This document shows, in pieces, positions 59,573 to 64,000 of a stretch of DNA of 64,000 nt. Within the stretch, counting starts at the first letter, position 1. Each line of letters begins with the position of its first letter. The notes below the pieces were generated by a model, which did not search any database, had not been told where the DNA came from, and was given only the letters and a program-made list of their open reading frames with translations. Where the stretch lies: positions 283,751 to 347,750 of the forward strand of contig MU004242.1 of assembly GCA_010405405.1 (NCBI GenBank), read 5' to 3'. This stretch comes from Microthyrium microscopicum (Eukaryota). The translations under genes and the position numbers were made by a program.

Positions 59573-61375
59573 CTAGCCATCTACATCTAAGTAGAATTCC
59601 CATAGCCGCTTCACTGGCAATTCTGATTCCGGCGTCATCACATTTGTATCGAACGCTGAAAGCAGAAGTAGCTGTGAGAAATTATTTTGCGTCTTCGTGA
59701 TGCCAAAAGGTTCCGCCACGACAGCACCTCCTACCATAACAATACTTTTGAGTGTAGTTTGGTTGACCGAGATCGGTACAAGTGGAGCATAAGAACCCGC
59801 CAAATTCACATCGTCAAAGATGAGAATGTCTGGCTTGAACCTGCCAACGATTTCTGGATGAGCTGATTGAGTACTAGTTGCAAACAAGATTTGGGTCTTG
59901 CTCAGTAGATGATGAGAAACGTACTTATGCAGCACAAAGATATCTTGAAAAAAATCACTCCCCTGTGGATCATTGATACTGGGCCCGTCTTCCATGCATA
60001 CTGGAGTGTCTTTGCCACGAGCAAACTGTTGTATCTCCTCCGTCTCGTCTTCAGTGATGATGGCATTTTTGCTGTCAGAGGCATCAAGTGCCTTTAGCTG
60101 GATGAAATCCACCAATTGACTATGATAACCATATTTGTGTCCAGCCTTTTTCTCAAGAAGACTCAAGGGCGGAACGTCCAGATAAAATCCCAAAAGAGCG
60201 TTGTCGATGTTAGCGATGGCAGCTTGCTCTTCTTCGTCCACATTAGGATTTATAACATCTGGATCGACTGTTGACTTTGATGCCGCAATGTAGTAGGTTG
60301 GCGTGACGTCCCAACGGTCGAAGATGTTTTTATCCACTGTCGAAGGAGGTAAATTCGAATTCTCCACCGAGTCCCCCAAGCTCTTTTCATTGTTATCCTG
60401 AGACTGTTCGATCATCATATTTTGCCCACGCTTGATTGCTTTAGCGACTCCTTTATCTGAAGCACAGCAATACATTACTTTGAAGCCGATCTTCGCCAGT
60501 GCAACAGCCAACGCGACGCTGGTAAAAGTCTTTCCTGTTCCAACTGGGCCTTGGAGCAAAGTAATAGCCTTCTTGTTGCTCAGAACTGTGTTACAAAAGT
60601 CAATCTGGTCAGCATTGAGTTTTCCAACCGAATTAAGCACAGCTGTAAACTGATCGCGTTGCCGCTCTGTTATATCTGCTGAAAACTTAGCACTATCAAT
60701 CGCAAATGCTTGGGTGTTAAAGAAATAGCGCAAGAGATCGGGGCCATCACTGCGGTATTGGTATCGCCACATATCTTGTATGGCGCGTCGTTCGCGATGA
60801 ATTGCATATGGATAGTCAATGAAAGTAAGTTTGACCAAGAATTTCTTGTTCAAACCCATAGGCGGTGGTGGTCCAGTAACAACCAGATAGCTGACAAAGA
60901 AAGTAACATCCAGATAGCTGACTATCTCAGCTTCGGCTGTTTCTGCTGGTGGAGTACTGACTACGGCACCATACCACGGCTTTGGATTCTTAATTCCAGT
61001 ACGAACTTCGTAGAATTGCAGTTTAACTCGGGTGCCATGCTGCGGTTGGCAAAAGCCTCCCACACGAGCTACCGGAAACCAGCATGAGATATCGCTACGA
61101 ATTATCACGCCAAATACATCACTAGCCCTAGATACGCGCCTAAATTCCGCATCAAAAATAGTCCATCGTTTAGAGACAGTCTTTTCAAGGGCACATCGTT
61201 GATAGTCATGCTGCAGACTCAAAGATCTATCAGCCGCCAGGAATGCATGCCGAACGCTGGGCATGACAGGGGGCAGAACTTCCTGCCGACACATCCATGA
61301 TTGATCAGGGTGTATATCCGGAAACTCGCTGTCATCATATTCTGACGAGTTACTCGAGCGGCGAGAGGAAGACAT
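59573..61375 (-). CDS. Degenerate, truncated SF1 (Upf1/DNA2-NAM7-like) helicase-related protein
   Basis: Q-motif LNADQ, Walker A LLQGPVGTGKT, motif Ia CCASDKGV, ILFAT, altered Walker B ILIFDDV. Ends before the second RecA domain. Confidence 0.7.
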   Translation of the reverse strand: MSSSRRSSNSSEYDDSEFPDIHPDQSWMCRQEVLPPVMPSVRHAFLAADRSLSLQHDYQRCALEKTVSKRWTIFDAEFRRVSRASDVFGVIIRSDISCWFPVARVGGFCQPQHGTRVKLQFYEVRTGIKNPKPWYGAVVSTPPAETAEAEIVSYLDVTFFVSYLVVTGPPPPMGLNKKFLVKLTFIDYPYAIHRERRAIQDMWRYQYRSDGPDLLRYFFNTQAFAIDSAKFSADITERQRDQFTAVLNSVGKLNADQIDFCNTVLSNKKAITLLQGPVGTGKTFTSVALAVALAKIGFKVMYCCASDKGVAKAIKRGQNMMIEQSQDNNEKSLGDSVENSNLPPSTVDKNIFDRWDVTPTYYIAASKSTVDPDVINPNVDEEEQAAIANIDNALLGFYLDVPPLSLLEKKAGHKYGYHSQLVDFIQLKALDASDSKNAIITEDETEEIQQFARGKDTPVCMEDGPSINDPQGSDFFQDIFVLHKYVSHHLLSKTQILFATSTQSAHPEIVGRFKPDILIFDDVNLAGSYAPLVPISVNQTTLKSIVMVGGAVVAEPFGITKTQNNFSQLLLLSAFDTNVMTPESELPVKRLWEFYLDVDG

Positions 61376-61420
61376 TTTGGATTAAGCGACGTTCAAGAAC
61401 TGAACCAACGCGGAAAAAAA

Positions 61421-61557
61421 GAGAGATTAACACCCAACCAAGATCTGGTCCAGGTGAAGAAAGGAAAGAGAGAGAGATTAACACCCGATCAAGATCTGAT
61501 CCAAGTGAAGGAAGCAAAAAGAAAGATTAACAGCCGACCAAGACCTGGTCCAACTGA
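61421..61557. repeat. About 50-bp degenerate tandem repeat, 2.7 copies
   Basis: GA(G/A)AGATTAACA(C/G)CC(A/G)A(C/T)CAAGA(T/C)CTG(G/A)TCCA units starting at 61421, 61472 and 61521. Confidence 0.9.
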
Positions 61558-61814
61558 GAGAGTTGAAGTGCAGGAACGCAAGCGCCCGAAAGGCAGCGAG
61601 CGAACCCACGGGACAGTGACAAAAAGCCCCAAGCGAAAGAAAGGAAAGACAAGAAATCTAAATGATCCAGCGGATCGAAGAAGAAGACGTACGCACACAC
61701 TGTTGGTGGCAGCAAAAAAAAGTTGAAGAAGTTGATGTTGTGGTGGTGAAGAAGTGAAGAGATTGTGAGAGCAATGAGAATTTATGGCCATTTGAATTCG
61801 TTAGTGGGTGGAAG

Positions 61815-61869
61815 CACGTTATTCCGAACACGTTATTCCGAGCACGTTATTCCGAAGCTAGTTATTCCG
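61815..61869. repeat. 14-bp tandem repeat, 3 copies plus a partial copy
   Basis: CACGTTATTCCGA(A/G) at 61815, 61829 and 61843, then GTTATTCCG at 61861. Confidence 0.9.
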
Positions 61870-62432
61870 TTTCGAATGTCCTAGAATTTCTTGCGATTGG
61901 GGAAGGTACGATGGAAGCTGAGGCAAGAACGACTGAGGACAAGGCTTAGATTCAGCCTTGCTCCTTGGCGCTTTCCTCTTTCGCCAAACAGCAACTTCTA
62001 GACCAGGGAATGTCCCAGACTGCTGCTTGCATGTACAAAAATTCTCTTTAAAAGGTGCGGAAGTAGACATCGCATTCGATGGGAGTATGCCATTTATTTT
62101 GTCGACAAATTGGACCGATTAGCATACCATGTGGAAACTTGATTCAGCGTGGATCAAAGCAGCTCAAATCTCTCAATCAGTGATCAAATGCTTGGTATAT
62201 GCTCTAGAATAGTGCTCATAGCCTTACTTTTATTATGCTAACACGGCTATAATCAACATTCTTTATTGGTAAAGCTAACCAGAATGGAAGTATATTGCGC
62301 ATATGTTCAGTACCAACCAGTGCCCAAAGTAGCTGGCTTTTCCCACCAGCAGCGATGGCGAACCTCGCACCATTTATAGAAATTTATCCATATTTACATC
62401 GCCCTAAAGAATCGTGCAGCCATCGCATAGCT

Positions 62433-64000
62433 CTACGGCGTAGGCTCACTAGGCGGCCACATCATCCTATCGATCAACGCATACGGCGAATCCTCTGAGC
62501 CAAGACTTGGAATGGCAGGCGATGAGCTCGTAGACAACGGACTCGACTGCGATAACTTCCGCAACCACAGCATCGACCGCTGCAACGGCGGCATAATCTC
62601 CGACATATTGATACCCCTCGTGACATCCTCCAGCACGCGCAAAAACTCTAGCAAGAGCTGCCGAGTCGTCGGATCACGATCAACCTCCTTCAACACGCCC
62701 AGGAGCAGCGCACAGGATAAGGCGCGATGCATAGCAGGCCAAGACCGATGGGTCATGCCACTAACGTTATACACACTGATCCACGCATCGACCGTAGCGA
62801 CGAGGTTGGTGATGCAAGTCTGCCGCATCCGTCTCGCCAATTCACTATTCTTGTTGGCGCCAGGACTGATAGCCGGTCGACATAATTCCGAGCAAATGTA
62901 CGATTTATGTAATTTGAAAATATAATGCTGGCCCCGATCCTTGAATGTATGGCAGAGGCTGAAGTCGCGCATGGTGTCCACAGCATTGGCCATGATGCCT
63001 TCTATTTCGCGCTCGCGCTCACTCATGCGTATGAGGAGATAGTGTGGGTCCTGGGAGGTTTGGCGGTCGCGCAGGATGTTGAGGTTGAATGTGCAGAGAG
63101 CGTACATGCAGCGCTCGTAGTTCCATTGGCCGGGTTCGAGGTCGTACTCGGGTGGTAGGTGGAGGAGGCCGTCGAGGGCCATGGCTGTGCCGGCGCGGTC
63201 GTAGGTGATTGAGACGAGGCTGTCTTGCCAGATTACACTCCACCAGATTTTTGCGCGCTTGTTTTGGAGTGCTAGTGGGACGTTTGGTGAGCAGCGTTGG
63301 TGGAGGCCTAGAGATTGTGCGAGTCTTATGGTTAGACCTGTGAAGCGTTAGTTTGTTTGGTAGAGGGTGGTTTGAATATACGAACCTAACATTCCCCAAA
63401 CGACACCGGCCTGGTATAGGTTGAGTAAAGTATTGAGAAACACAACCATGGCTTGTATACACTCAAGGTTGGGATTCGACAAGAAGTTCGATAAACGCAA
63501 ACATTCAAAACTACAGCAAACAAATACTTTTGAGGTCAGTTCCCTTCCTTTTCTATCTAGATTGTCGCTGAAATGGCATCCACTAGCAAGAACAGCGAAG
63601 AGAAGCGCAATCCACGTCAATCGCTTCCCGTAGATGGACTGTTCTGTAATTGCTGTTTCTAGAGGTTCCTGCGCTCGTCGAAGGTAAAATGCCAGCAGTT
63701 GCTCTTCAAACTCTTTGATATCTGCGACTCCAGGAAAGACAGCTTGCGATATTCTTATGTAATTTGCAAAATATATCTTACAGTCTGCTTCCGAAGGCAA
63801 GACCTCGGTCAAGCGCTGCATCTTGGTTAAGACTCCTTCTGGTGTGCTCCAGAGATCAATAAATGGGTATGTTGCAGATTCATTATCCAAGCCAAGGAGT
63901 GGTAGTATGGCTCCATTGACAAGCTCTCGCCAGTCTATTTGATCGGCATAACTCATGTCCGTTTCTTGGTTCTTTGCCAAGGACATGAGCAGGGCGGGAA
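62433..64000 (-). CDS. Fungal-specific transcription factor (Fungal_trans middle homology region, Zn2Cys6-type); 5' end outside the window
   Basis: WIALLFAVLASG, CLRLSNF..PNLECIQA, WGML|GLTIRLAQSLGLH, WWSVIWQDSLVSITYDR, LHKSYICSELCRP. Intron 63338-63385. Confidence 0.88.

Noticed and set aside
61421..61869. CRISPR-like appearance of the short repeats
   Set aside because: Eukaryotic context, adjacent units without unique spacers, and no cas genes.

Overview
Gene-dense eukaryotic DNA from a filamentous ascomycete (Pezizomycotina-like), judged from short GT..CTAAC..AG introns, HET, DUF6594 and Fungal_trans-type genes, and a RIP-like AT-rich relic. About 27 protein-coding genes can be supported. 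They include a D-2-hydroxyacid dehydrogenase, HEM4, ERV1 (absent from the ORF track because of an intron), a Delta24-sterol-reductase-like FAD protein, two F-box/LRR-like genes, a bacterial-style P-loop kinase, sterol acyltransferase, GH20, a HET protein, an FLC/TRP-like channel, GH128, a yapsin-like protease, MRM2, DUF924, an MFS transporter, a double-domain amidohydrolase, a membrane-anchored GH9, a truncated SF1 helicase-like protein and a partial transcription factor. I recognised no tRNA, rRNA, CRISPR array or intact transposon. The most unusual signals are: (1) a 297-nt intron that folds almost end to end into one long G-U-containing hairpin; (2) a 48-aa membrane microprotein uORF in frame with the sterol-reductase-like gene and separated from it by a single TGA; (3) an intronless GH9 with altered catalytic motifs, a family rare in ascomycetes; (4) a half-helicase whose upstream region carries two different repeat arrays; (5) a bacterial-looking kinase. 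All family calls are by-eye motif recognition, not database searches, and intron boundaries are manual predictions.
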